A stretch of DNA of 64,000 nt from positions 211,916,001 through 211,980,000 of the forward strand of contig OZ024741.1 of the NCBI GenBank assembly GCA_964016885.1, given 5' to 3'. Origin of the DNA: Eledone cirrhosa. Its lineage: Eukaryota. The position numbers were made by a program, and so were the translations under genes. Shown one piece after another: positions 29,201 through 43,500 of the stretch. The notes beneath the pieces are model-generated. The model did not search any database. It saw only the letters and a program-made list of their open reading frames with translations, and was not told where the DNA came from. Numbering within the stretch: position 1 is the stretch's first letter; every line of letters starts with the position of its first letter.

Positions 29201-32200
29201 TCATTGTTGTTGATGTTGTCATTGTTGTTGATGTTGTTATAGTTGTTGATGTTGTCATTGTTGTTGATGTTGTCATTGTTGTTGATGTTGTTATTATTGT
29301 TGATGTTGTTATTGTTGTTGATGTTGTTATTGTTGTTGATGTTGTCATTGTTGCTGATGTTGTTATTGTTGTTGATGTTGTCATTGTTGTTGATGTTGTT
29401 ATTGTTGTTGATGTTGTTATTGTTGTTGATGTTGTTATTGTTGTTGATGTTGTTATTGTTGGTGATGTTGTCATTGTTGTTGATGTTGTTATTGTTGTTG
29501 ATGTTGTTATTGTTGTTGATGTTGTTATTGTTGGTGATGTTGTCATTGTTGTTGATGTTGTTATTGTTGTTGATGTTGTTATTGTTGTTGATGTTGTTAT
29601 TGTTGTTGATGTTGTTATTGTTGGTGATGTTGTCATTGTTGTTGATGTTGTCATTGTTGTTGATGTTGTTATTGTTGTTGATGTTGTCATTGTTTTTGAT
29701 GTTGTTATTGTTGTTGATGTTGTTATTGTTGTTGGTGTTTTCATTGTTGTTGATGTTGTTATTGTTGTTGATGTTGTTATTGTTGTTGTCATTGTTGTTG
29801 ATGTTGTTATTGTTGTTGATGTTGTTATTGATGTTGATGTTGTTATTGTTGTTGATGTTGTAATTGTTGTTGATGTTGTCATTGTTGTTGATGTTGTTAT
29901 CGTTGTTGATGTTGTTATTGTTGTTGATGTTGTTATTGTTGTTGATGTTGTTATCGTTGTTGATGTTGTCATTGTTGTTGATGTTGTCATTGTTGTTGAT
30001 GTTGTTATTGTTGTTGATGTTGTCATTGTTTTTGATGTTGTTATTGTTGTTGATGTTGTTATTGTTGTTGGTGTTTTCATTGTTGTTGATGTTGTTATTG
30101 TTGTTGATGTTGTTATTGTTGTTGTCATTGTTGTTGATGTTGTTATTGTTGTTGATGTTGTTATTGATGTTGATGTTGTTATTGTTGTTGATGTTGTAAT
30201 TGTTGTTGATGTTGTCATTGTTGTTGATGTTGTTATTGTTGTTGATGTTGTTATTGTTGTTGATGTTGTTATTGTTGTTGATGTTGTTATCGTTGTTGAT
30301 GTTGTCATTGTTGTTGATGTTGTCATTGTTGTTGATGTTGTTATTGTTGTTGATGTTATTGTTGTTGATGTTGTTATCGTTGTTGATGTTGTTATTGTTG
30401 TTGATGTTGTCGTTGTTGTTGATTTTGTTATTGTTGTTGATGTTGTCATTGTTTTTGATGTTGTTATTGTTGTTGGTGTTGTCATTGTTGTTGATGTTGT
30501 TATTGTTGTTGATGTTGTTATTGTTGTTGGTGTTTTCATTGTTGTTGATGTTGTTATTGTTGTTGATGTTGATATTGTTGTTCGTGTTGTCATTGTTATT
30601 GATGTTGTTATTGTTGTTGATGTTGTTATTGTTGTTGATGTTGTTATTGTTGTTGATGTTGTCATTGTTGTTGATGTTGTCATTGTTGTTGATGTTGTCA
30701 TTGTTGTTGATGTTGTTATTGTTGTTGATGTTGTTATTGTTGTTGATGTTATTGTTGTTGATGTTGTCATTGTTGTTGATGTTGTTATTGTTGTTGATGT
30801 TGTCATTGTTGTTGATGTTGTTATTGTTGTTGATGTTGTTATTGTTGTTGATGTTGTTATTGTTGTTGATGTTGTTATTTTTGTTGATGTTGTTATTGTT
30901 GTTGAGGCTGTTATTGTTGTTGATGTTGTCATTGTTGTTGATGTTGTTATCGTTGTTGATGTTGCTATTGTTGATGTTGTTATTGTTGTTGATGTTGTCA
31001 TTGTTGTTGATGTAGTCATTGTTGTTGATGTTGTTAATGTTGTTGATGTTGTTATTGTTGTTGATGTTGTCATTGTTGTTGATGTTGTCATTGTTGTTGA
31101 TGTTGTTATTGTTGTTGATGTCGTTATTGTTGTTGATGTTGTTGTTGTTGGTGATGTTGTCATTGTTGTTGATGTTGTCATTGTTTTTGATGTTGTTATT
31201 GTTGTTGATGTTGTTATTGTTGTTGGTGTTTTCATTGTTGTTGATGTTGTTATTGTTGTTGGTGTTGTTATTGTTGTTGTCATTGTTGTCATTTTTGTTA
31301 TTGTTGTTGATGTTGTTATTGATGTTGATGTTGTTATTGTTGTTGATGTTGTAATTGTTGTTGATGTTGTCATTGTTGTTGATGTTGTTATTGTGGTTGA
31401 TGTTGTTATTGTTGTTGATGTTGTTATCGTTGTTGATGTTGTCATTGTTGTTGATGTTGTCATTGTTGTTGATGTTGTTATTGTTGTTGATGTTATTGTT
31501 GTTGATGTTGTTATCGTTGTTGATGTTGTTATTGTTGTTGATGTTGTCGTTGTTGTTGATTTTGTTATTGTTGTTGATGTTGTCATTGTTTTTGATGTTG
31601 TTATTGTTGTTGGTGTTGTCATTGTTGTTGATGTTGTTATTGTTGTTGAGGGTGTTATTGTTGTTGATGTTGTTATTGTTGTTGATGTTGTCATTGTTGT
31701 TGATGTTGTTATTGTTGTTGACATTGTCATTGTTGTTGGTGTTGTCATTGTTGTTGGTGTTGTCATTGTTGTTGATGTTGTCATTGTTGTTGATGTTGTT
31801 ATTGTTGTTGATGTTGCTATTGTTGTTGATGTTGTCATTGTTGTTGATGTTGTTATTGTTGTTGATGTTGTCATTGTTGTTGATGTTGTCATTGTTTTTG
31901 ATGTTGTTATTGTCGTTGATGTTGTTATTGTTGTTGATGTTGTCATTGTTGTTGATGTTTTTATTGTTGTTGATGTTGTCATTGTTGTTGATGTTGTTAT
32001 TGTTGTTGATGTTGTTTTTGTTGTTGATGTTGTTATTGTTGTTGATGTTGTTATTGTTGTTGATGTTGTCATTGTTGTTGATGTTGTTATTGTTGTTGAT
32101 GTTGTTATTGTTGTTGATGTTGTCATTGTTGTTGATGTTGTTATTGTTGTTGATGTTGTCATTGTTGTTGATGTTGATATTGTTGTTGATGTTGTTATTG

Positions 32201-35200
32201 TTGTTGATGTTGTCATTGTTGTTGATGTTGTCATTGTTGTTGACGTTGTTATTGTTGTTGATGTTGTTATTGTTGTTGATGTTGTTGATGTTGTTATTGT
32301 TGTCGATGTTGTCATTGTTGTTGATGTTGTTATTGTTGTTGATGTTGTCATTGTTGTTGATGTTGTTATTGTTGTTGATGTTGTTATTGTTGTTGATGTT
32401 GTTATTGTTGTTGATGTTGTTATTGTTGTTGATGTTGTCATTGTTGTTGATGTTGTTATCGTTGTTGATATTGCTATTGTTGATGTTGTTATTGTTGTTG
32501 ATGTTGTCATTGTTGTTGATGTAGTCATTGTTGTTGATGTTCTTATTGTTGTTGATGTTGTTATTGTTGTTGATGTTGTCATTGTTGTTGATGTTGTCAT
32601 TGTTGTTGATGTTGTCATTGTTGTTGATGTTGTCATTGTTGTTGATGTTGTCATTGTTGTTGATGTTGTTATTGTTGTTGATGTTGTTATTGTTGTTGAT
32701 GTTGTTATTGTTGTTGATGTTGTTATTGTTGGTGATGTTGTCATTGTTGTTGATGTTGTTATTGTTGTTGATGTTGTTATTGTTGTTGATGTTGTTATTG
32801 TTGTTGATGTTGTTATTGTTGTTGATGTTGTTATTGTTGGTGATGTTGTCATTGTTATTGATGTTGTTATTGTTGTTGATGTTGTCATTGTTGTTGATGT
32901 TGTTATAGTTGTTGATGTTGTCATTGTTGTTGATGTTGTCATTGTTGTTGATGTTGTTATAGTTGTTGATGTTGTCATTGTTGTTGATGTTGTCATTGTT
33001 GTTGATGTTGTTATTATTGTTGATGTTGTTATTGTTGTTGATGTTGTTATTGTTGTTGATGTTGTCATTGTTGTTGATGTTGTTATTGTTGTTGATGTTG
33101 TCATTGTTGTTGATGTTGTTATTGTTGTTGATGTTGTTATTGTTGTTGATGTTGTTATTGTTGTTGATGTTGTTATTGTTGGTGATGTTGTCATTGTTGT
33201 TGATGTTGTTATTGTTGTTGATGTTGTTATTGTTGTTGATGTTGTTATTGTTGGTGATGTTGTCATTGTTGTTGATGTTGTTATTGTTGTTGATGTTGTT
33301 ATTGTTGTTGATGTTGTTATTGTTGTTGATGTTGTTATTGTTGGTGATGTTGTCATTGTTGTTGATGTTGTCATTGTTGTTGATGTTGTTATTGTTGTTG
33401 ATGTTGTCATTGTTTTTGATGTTGTTATTGTTGTTGATGTTGTTATTGTTGTTGGTGTTTTCATTGTTGTTGATGTTGTTATTGTTGTTGATGTTGTTAT
33501 TGTTGTTGTCATTGTTGTTGATGTTGTTATTGTTGTTGATGTTGTTATTGATGTTGATGTTGTTATTGTTGTTGATGTTGTAATTGTTGTTGATGTTGTC
33601 ATTGTTGTTGATGTTGTTATCGTTGTTGATGTTGTTATTGTTGTTGATGTTGTTATTGTTGTTGATGTTGTTATCGTTGTTGATGTTGTCATTGTTGTTG
33701 ATGTTGTCATTGTTGTTGATGTTGTTATCGTTGTTGATGTTGTTATTGTTGTTGATGTTGTCGTTGTTGTTGATTTTGTTATTGTTGTTGATGTTGTCAT
33801 TGTTTTTCATGTTGTTATTGTTGTTGGTGTTGTCATTGTTGTTGATGTTGTTAATGTTGTTGATGTTGTTATTGTTGTTGGTGTTTTCATTGTTGTTGAT
33901 GTTGTTATTGTTGTTGATGTTGATATTGTTGTTCGTGTTGTCATTGTTATTGATGTTGTTATTGATGTTGATGTTGTTATTGTTGTTGATGTTGTTATTG
34001 TTGTTGATGTTGTCATTGTTGTTGATGTTGTCATTGTTGTTGATGTTGTCATTGTTGTTGATGTTGTTATTGTTGTGGATGTTGTTATTGTTGTTGATGT
34101 CGTCATTGTTGTTGATGTTGTTATTGTTGTTGATGTTGTCATTGTTGTTGATGTTGTTATTGTTGTTGATGTTGTTATTGTTGTTGATGTTGTTATTGTT
34201 GTTGATGTTGTTATTTTTGTTGATGTTGTTATTGTTGTTGAGGCTGTTATTGTTGTTGATGTTGTCATTGTTGTTGATGTTGTTATCGTTGTTGATGTTG
34301 CTATTGTTGATGTTGTTATTGTTGTTGATGTTGTCATTGTTGTTGATGTAGTCATTGTTGTTGATGTTGTTAATGTTGTTGATGTTGTTATTGTTGTTGA
34401 TGTTGTCATTGTTGTTGATGTTGTCATTGTTGTTGATGTTGTTATTGTTGTTGATGTTGTTATTGTTGTTGATGTTGTTGTTGTTGGTGATGTTGTCATT
34501 GTTGTTGATGTTGTCATTGTTTTTGATGTTGTTATTGTTGTTGATGTTGTTATTGTTGTTGGTGTTTTCATTGTTGTTGATGTTGTTATTGTTGTTGATG
34601 TTGTTATTGTTGTTGTCATTGTTGTCATTGTTGTTATTGTTGTTGATGTTGTTATTGATGTTGATGTTGTTATTGTTGTTGATGTTGTAATTGTTGTTGA
34701 TGTTCTCATTGTTGTTGATGTTGTTATTGTTGTTGATGTTGTTATTGTTGTTGATGTTGTTATCGTTGTTGATGTTGTCATTGTTGTTGATGTTGTCATT
34801 GTTGTTGATGTTGTTATTGTTGTTGATGTTATTGTTGTTGATGTTGTTATCGTTGTTGATGTTGTTATTGTTGTTGATGTTGTCGTTGTTGTTGATTTTG
34901 TTATTGTTGTTGATGTTGTCATTGTTTTTGATGTTGTAATTGTTGTTGGTGTTGTCATTGTTGTTGATGTTGTTATTGTTGTTGATGTTGTTATTGTTGT
35001 TGGTGTTTTCATTGTTGTTGATGTTGTTATTGTTGTTGATGTTGATATTGTTGTTGGTGTTGTTATTGTTGTTGATGTTGTTATTGTTGTTGATGTTGTC
35101 ATTGTTGTTGATGTTGTTATTGTTGTTGATGTTGTTATTGTTGTTGATGTTGTTATTGTTGTTGATGTTGTCATTGTTGTTGATGTTGTTATTGTTGTTG

Positions 35201-35400
35201 ATGTTGTCATTGTTGTTGATGTTGTTATTGTTGTTGATGTTGTTATTGTTGTTGATGTTGTTATTGTTGTCGATGTTGTCATTGTTGTTGATGTTGTTAT
35301 TGTTGTTGATGTTGTCATTGTTGTTGATGTTGTTATTGTTGTTGATGTTGTTGTTGATGTTGTTATTGTTGTTGATGTTGATATTTTTGTTGATGTTGTC
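18200..35400. repeat. Higher-order duplications of ~3.3-3.76 kb within the satellite
   Basis: gttattcatg at ~18,508 and ~22,267; ggtgttcatg at ~20,683 and 24,421; gttcgtgtt at 26,860, 30,580 and 33,931 (3,720 and 3,351); gatattgct...gtagtc blocks at 25,471, 28,801 and 32,521 (3,330 and 3,720). Confidence 0.8.
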
Positions 35401-37389
35401 ATTGTTGTTGATGTTGTTATTGTTGTTGATGTTGTTATTGTTGTTGATGTTGTCATTGTTGTTGATGTTGTTATTGTTGTTGATGTTGTTATTGTTGTTG
35501 ATGTTGTCACTGTTGATGATGTTGTTATTGTTGTTGATGTTGTTGTTGATATTGTCATTGTTGTTGATGTTGATATTTTTGTTGATGTTGTCATTCTTGT
35601 TGATGTTGTCATTGTTGTTGATGTTGTTATCGTTGTTGATGTTGTTATTGTTGTTGATGTTGTTATTGTTGTTGACGTTGTTATTGTTGTTGATGTTGTT
35701 ATTGTTGTTGATGTTGTCATTGTTGTTGATGTTGTTATTGTTGTTGATGTTGTCATTGTTGTTGATGTTGTTATTGTTGTTGATGTTGTCATTGTTGTTG
35801 ATGTTGTTATTGTTGTTGATGTTGTTATTGTTGTTGATGTTGTTATCGTCTTTGATGTTGTTATTGTTGTTGATGTTGTTGTTGATGTTGTCATTGTTGT
35901 TGATGTTGTTATTGTTGTTGGTGTTGTCATTGTTGTTGATGTTGTTATTGTTGTTGATGTTGTTATTGTTGTTGATGTTGTCATTGTTGTTGATGTTGTT
36001 ATTGTTGTTGATTTTGTTATCGTTGTTGATGTTGTTATTGTTGTTGATGTTGTTATTGTTGTTGACGTTGTTATGGTTGTTGATGTTGTTATTGTTGTTG
36101 ATGTTGTCATTGTTTTTGATGTTGTTATTGTTGTTGATGTTGTCATTGTTGTTGATGTTGTTATTGTTATTGATGTTGTCATTGTTGTTGATGTTGTTAT
36201 TGTTGTTGATGTTGTTATTGTTGATGTTGTTATTGTTGTTGATGTCATTGTTGTTGATGTTGTCATTGTTGTTGATGTTGTCATTGTTGTTGATGTTGTC
36301 ATTGTTGTTGATGTTGTTATTGTTGTTGATGTTGTTATTGTTGTTGATATTGTCATTGTTGTTGATGTTGTTATTGTTGTTGATGTTGTTATTGTTGTTG
36401 ATGTTGTCATTGTTGTTGATTTTGTTATTGTTGTTGATGTTGTCATTGTTGTTGATGTTGTTATTGTTGTTGATGTTGTTATCGTTGTTGATGTTGTTAT
36501 TGTTGTTGATGTTATTGTTGTTGATGTTGTTATTGTTGTTGATGTTGTTATCATCGTTGATGTTGTTATAGTTGTTGATGTTGTTATAGTTGTTGATATT
36601 GTTATTGTTGTTGATGTTGTTATTGTTGTTGATGTTGTTATAGTTGTTGATATTGTTATTGTTGTTGATGTTGTTATTGTTGTTGATGTTGTTATAGTTG
36701 TTGATATTGTTATTGTTGTTGATGTTGTCATTGTTGTTGATGTTGTTATAGTTGTTGATATTGTTATTGTTGTTGATGTTGTTATTGTTGTTGATGTTGT
36801 TATCGTTGTTGATGTTGTTATTGTTGTTGATGTTGTTATTGTTGTTGATGTTGTTATTGTTGATGTTGTTATTGTTGTTGATGTTGTTATTGTTGTTGAT
36901 GTTGTTATCGTTGTTGATGTTGTTATTGTTGATGTTGTTCTTGTTGTTGATGTTGTCATTGTTGTTGATGTTGTCATTGTTGTTGATGTTGTTATTGTTG
37001 TTGATGTTGTTATTGTTGTTGATGTTGTTATTGTTGTTGATGCTGTTATTGTTGTTGATGTTGTCATTGTTGTTGATGTTGTCATTGTTGTTGATGTTGT
37101 TATTGTTGTTGATGTTGTTATTGTTGTTGGTGTTTTCATTGTTGTTGATGTTGTTATTGTTGTTGATGTTGTTATTGTTGTTGGTGTTGTCATTGTTGTT
37201 GATGTTGTTATTGTTGTCGATGTTGTTATTGTTGTTGATGTTGTCATTGTTGTTGATGTTGTTATTGTTGTTGATGTTGTTATTGTTTTTATGTTGTTAT
37301 TGTTGTTGACGTTGTCATTGTTGTTGATGTTTTTATTGTTGTTGATGTTGTCATTGTTGTTGATGTTGTTATTGTTGTTGATGTTGTTA

Positions 37390-37423
<34 letters not shown>

Positions 37424-37599
37424 CATTGTTGTTGATGTTGTTATTGTTGTTGATGTTGTCATTGTTGTTGATGTTGTCATTGTTGTTGATGTTGTTATTG
37501 TTGTTGATGTTGTTATTGTTGTTGATATTGTCATTGTTGTTGATGTTGTTATTGTTGTTGATGTTGTTATTGTTGTTGATGTTGTCATTGTTGTTGATG

Positions 37600-40500
37600 T
37601 TGTTATTGTTGTTGATGTTGTCATTGTTGTTGATGTTGTTATTGTTGTTGATTTTGTTATTGTTGTTGATGTTGTCATTGTTGTTGATGTTATTGTTGTT
37701 GATGTTGTTATTGTTGTTGATGTTGTTATTGTTGTTGATGTTGTTATTGTTGTTGATGTTGTTATTGTTGTTGATGTTGTTATTGTTGATGTTGTCATTG
37801 TTGTTGATGTTGTTATTGTTGTTGATGTTGTTATTGTTGTTGATGTTGTCATTGTTGTTGATGTTGTTATTGTTGTTGATGTTGTCATTGTTGTTGATGT
37901 TTTTATTGTTGTTGATGTTGTCATTGTTGTTGATGTTGTCATTGTTGTTGATGTTGTTATTGTTGTTGATGTTGTTATTGTTGTTGATGTTGTCATTGTT
38001 GTTGATGTTGTCATTGTTGATGTTGTTATTGTTGTTGATGTTGATATTGTTGTTGATGTTGTTATTGTTGTTGATGTTGTTATTGTTGTTGATGTTGTCA
38101 TTGTTGTTGATGTTGTCATTGTTGTTGATGTTGTTATTGTTGTTGATGTTGTTATTGCTGTTGATTTTGTTATTGTTGTCGATGCTGTTATTGTTTTTGA
38201 TGTTGTTATTGTTGTTGATGTTGTTATTGTTGTTGATGTTGTCATTGTTGTTGATGTTGTTATTGTTGTTGATGTTGTCATTGTTGTTGGTTTTGTCATT
38301 GTTGTTGGTGCTGTCATTGTTGTTGATGTTGTCATTGTTGTTGATGTTGTTATTGTTGTTGATGTCGTTATTGTTGTTGATGTTGTCATTGTTGTTGATG
38401 TTCTTATTGTTGTTGTCATTGATGTTGTTATTGTTGTTGATGTTGTTATTGTTGTTGATGTTGTTATTGTTGTTGATGTTGTCATTGTTGTTGATGTTGT
38501 CATTGTTGTTGATGTTGTTTTTGTTGTTGATGTTGTTATTGTTGTTGATGTTGTTATTGTTGTTGTTGTCATTGTTGTTGATGTTGTTATTGTTGTTGAT
38601 GTTGTTATTGTTGTTGATGTTGTCATTGTTGTTGATGTTGTTATTGTTGTTGATGTTGTCATTGTTGTTGATGTTTTTATTGTTGTTGATGTTGTCATTG
38701 TTGTTGATGTTGTCATTGTTGTTGATGTTGTTATTGTTGTTGATGTTGTCATTGTTGTTGATGTTGTTATTGTTGTTGATGTTGTCATTGTTGTTGATGT
38801 TGTCATTGTTGTTGATGTTGTTATTGTTGTTGATGTTGTCATTGTTGTTGATGTTGTCATTGTTGTTGATGTTGTTATTGTTGTTGATGTTGTCATTGTT
38901 GTTGATGTTGTTATTGTTGTTGATGTTGTTTTTGTTGTTGATGTTGTTATTGTTGTTGATGTTGTTATTGTTGTTGATGTTGTCATTGTTGTTGATGTTG
39001 TTATTGTTGTTGATGTTGTTATTGTTGTTGATGTTGTTATTGTTGTTGATGTTGTCATTGTTGTTGATGTTGTTATCGTTGTTGATATTGCTATTGTTGA
39101 TGTTGTTATTGTTGTTGATGTTGTCATTGTTGTTGATGTAGTCATTGTTGTTGATGTTCTTATTGTTGTTGATGTTGTTATTGTTGTTGATGTTGTTATT
39201 GTTGTTGATGTTGTTATTGTTGGTGATGTTGTCATTGTTGTTGATGTTGTTATTGTTGTTGATGTTGTTATTGTTGTTGATGTTGTTATTGTTGTTGATG
39301 TTGTTATTGTTGTTGATGTTGTTATTGTTGGTGATGTTGTCATTGTTATTGATGTTGTTATTGTTGTTGATGTTGTCATTGTTGTTGATGTTGTTATAGT
39401 TGTTGATGTTGTCATTGTTGTTGATGTTGTCATTGTTGTTGATGTTGTTATAGTTGTTGATGTTGTCATTGTTGTTGATGTTGTCATTGTTGTTGATGTT
39501 GTTATTATTGTTGATGTTGTTATTGTTGTTGATGTTGTTATTGTTGTTGATGTTGTCATTGTTGTTGATGTTGTTATTGTTGTTGATGTTGTCATTGTTG
39601 TTGATGTTGTTATTGTTGTTGATGTTGTTATTGTTGGTGATGTTGTCATTGTTGTTGATGTTGTTATTGTTGTTGATGTTGTTATTGTTGTTGATGTTGT
39701 TATTGTTGGTGATGTTGTCATTGTTGTTGATGTTGTTATTGTTGTTGATGTTGTTATTGTTGTTGATGTTGTTATTGTTGTTGATGTTGTTATTGTTGGT
39801 GATGTTGTCATTGTTGTTGATGTTGTCATTGTTGTTGATGTTGTTATTGTTGTTGATGTTTTCATTGTTGTTGATGTTGTTATTGTTGTTGATGTTGTTA
39901 TTGTTGTTGTCATTGTTGTTGATGTTGTTATTGTTGTTGATGTTGTTATTGATGTTGATGTTGTTATTGTTGTTGATGTTGTAATTGTTGTTGATGTTGT
40001 CATTGTTGTTGATGTTGTTATCGTTGTTGATGTTGTTATTGTTGTTGATGTTGTTATTGTTGTTGATGTTGTTATCGTTGTTGATGTTGTCATTGATGTT
40101 GATGTTGTCATTGTTGTTGATGTTGTTATTGTTGTTGATGTTATTGTTGTTGATGTTGTTATCGTTGTTGATGTTGTTATTGTTGTTGATGTTGTCGTTG
40201 TTGTTGATTTTGTTATTGTTGTTGATGTTGTCATTGTTTTTCATGTTGTTATTGTTGTTGGTGTTGTCATTGTTGTTGATGTTGTTAATGTTGTTGATGT
40301 TGTTATTGTTGTTGGTGTTTTCATTGTTGTTGATGTTGTTATTGTTGTTGATGTTGATATTGTTGTTCGTGTTGTCATTGTTATTGATGTTGTTATTGAT
40401 GTTGATGTTGTTATTGTTGTTGATGTTGTTATTGTTGTTGATGTTGTCATTGTTGTTGATGTTGTCATTGTTGTTGATGTTGTCATTGTTGTTGATGTTG

Positions 40501-43500
40501 TTATTGTTGTTGATGTTGTTATTGTTGTTGATGTCGTCATTGTTGTTGATGTTGTTATTGTTGTTGATGTTGTCATTGTTGTTGATGTTGTTATTGTTGT
40601 TGATGTTGTTATTGTTGTTGATGTTGTTATTGTTGTTGATGTTGTTATTTTTGTTGATGTTGTTATTGTTGTTGAGGCTGTTATTGTTGTTGATGTTGTC
40701 ATTGTTGTTGATGTTGTTATCGTTGTTGATGTTGCTATTGTTGATGTTGTTATTGTTGTTGATGTTGTCATTGTTGTTGATGTAGTCATTGTTGTTGATG
40801 TTGTTAATGTTGTTGATGTTGTTATTGTTGTTGATGTTGTCATTGTTGTTGATGTTGTCATTGTTGTTGATGTTGTTATTGTTGTTGATGTTGTTATTGT
40901 TGTTGATGTTGTTGTTGTTGGTGATGTTGTCATTGTTGTTGATGTTGTCATTGTTTTTGATGTTGTTATTGTTGTTGATGTTGTTATTGTTGTTGGTGTT
41001 TTCATTGTTGTTGATGTTGTTATTGTTGTTGATGTTGTTATTGTTGTTGTCATTGTTGTCATTGTTGTTATTGTTGTTGATGTTGTTATTGATGTTGATG
41101 TTGTTATTGTTGTTGATGTTGTAATTGTTGTTGATGTTCTCATTGTTGTTGATGTTGTTATTGTTGTTGATGTTGTTATTGTTGTTGATGTTGTTATCGT
41201 TGTTGATGTTGTCATTGTTGTTGATGTTGTCATTGTTGTTGATGTTGTTATTGTTGTTGATGTTATTGTTGTTGATGTTGTTATCGTTGTTGATGTTGTT
41301 ATTGTTGTTGATGTTGTCGTTGTTGTTGATTTTGTTATTGTTGTTGATGTTGTCATTGTTTTTGATGTTGTAATTGTTGTTGGTGTTGTCATTGTTGTTG
41401 ATGTTGTTATTGTTGTTGATGTTGTTATTGTTGTTGGTGTTTTCATTGTTGTTGATGTTGTTATTGTTGTTGATGTTGATATTGTTGTTGGTGTTGTCAT
41501 TGTTGTTGATATTGTTATTGTTGTTGCTGTTGTTATTGTTGTTGATGTTGTCATTGTTGTTGATGTTGTTATTGTTGTTGATGTTGTTATTGTTGTTGAT
41601 GTTGTCATTGTTGTTGATGTTGTTATTGTTGTTGATGTTGTCATTGTTGTTGATGTTGTTATTGTTGTTGATGTTGTTATTGTTGTTGATATTGTCATTG
41701 TTGTTGATGTTGTCATTGTTGTTGATGTTGTTATTGTTGTTGATGTTGTTATTGTTGTTGATGTTGTTATTGTTGTTGATGTTGTCATTGTTGTTGATGT
41801 TGTTATTGTTGTTGATGTTGTCATTGTTGTTGATGTTGTTATTGTTGTTGATGTTGTTATTGTTGTTGATGTTGTTATTGTTGTCGATGTTGTCATTGTT
41901 GTTGATGTTGTTATTGTTGTTGATGTTGTCATTGTTGTTGATGTTGTTATTGTTGTTGATGTTGTTGTTGATGTTGTTATTGTTGTTGATGTTGATATTT
42001 TTGTTGATGTTGTCATTGTTGTTGATGTTGTCATTGTTGTTGATGTTGTTATCGTTGTTGATGTTGTTATTGTTGTTGATGTTGTTATTGTTGTTGACGT
42101 TGTTATTGTTGTTGATGTTGTTATTGTTGTTGATGTTGTCATTGTTGTTGATGTTGTTATTGTTGTTGATGTTGTCATTGTTGTTGATGTTGTTATTGTT
42201 GTTGATGTTGTCATTGTTGTTGATGTTGTTATTGTTGTTGATGTTGTTATTGTTGTTGGTGTTGTTATTGTTGTTGATGTTGTTATTGTTGTTGATGTTG
42301 TTATTGTTGTTGATGTTGTTATTGTTGTTGATGTTGTCATTGTTGTTGATGTTGTCATTGTTGTTGATGTTGTTATTGTTGTTGATGTTGTTATTGTTGT
42401 TGATGTTGTTATCGTCTTTGATGTTGTTATTGTTGTTGATGTTGTTGTTGATGTTGTCATTGTTGTTGATGTTGTTATTGTTGTTGGTGTTGTCATTGTT
42501 GTTGATGTTGTTATTGTTGTTGATGTTGTTATTGTTGTTGATGTTGTCATTGTTGTTGATGTTGTTATTGTTGTTGATTTTGTTATCGTTGTTGATGTTG
42601 TTATTGTTGTTGATGTTGTTATTGTTGTTGACGTTGTTATGGTTGTTGATGTTGTTATTGTTGTTGATGTTGTCATTGTTGTTGATGTTGTTATTGTTGT
42701 TGATGTTGTCATTGTTGTTGATGTTGTTATTGTTATTGATGTTGTCATTGTTGTTGATGTTGTTATTGTTGTTGATGTTGTTATTGTTGATGTTGTTATT
42801 GTTGTTGATGTCATTGTTGTTGATGTTGTCATTGTTGTTGATGTTGTCATTGTTGTTGATGTTGTTATTGTTGTTGATGTTGTCATTGTTGTTGATGTTG
42901 TTATTGTTGTTGATTTTGTTATTGTTGTTGATGTTGTCATTGTTGTTGATGTTATTGTTGTTGATGTTGTTATTGTTGTTGATGTTGTTATTGTTGTTGA
43001 TGTTGTTATTGTTGTTGATGTTGTTATTGTTGTTGATGTTGTTATTGTTGATGTTGTCATTGTTGTTGATGTTGTTATTGTTGTTGATGTTGTTATTGTT
43101 GTTGATGTTGTCATTGTTGTTGATGTTGTTATTGTTGTTGATGTTGTCATTGTTGTTGATGTTTTTATTGTTGTTGATGTTGTCATTGTTGTTGATGTTG
43201 TCATTGTTGTTGATGTTGTTATTGTTGTTGATGTTGTTATTGTTGTTGATGTTGTCATTGTTGTTGATGTTGTCATTGTTGATGTTGTTATTGTTGTTGA
43301 TGTTGATATTGTTGTTGATGTTGTTATTGTTGTTGATGTTGTTATTGTTGTTGATGTTGTCATTGTTGTTGATGTTGTCATTGTTGTTGATGTTGTTATT
43401 GTTGTTGATGTTGTTATTGCTGTTGATTTTGTTATTGTTGTCGATGCTGTTATTGTTTTTGATGTTGTTATTGTTGTTGATGTTGTTATTGTTGTTGATG

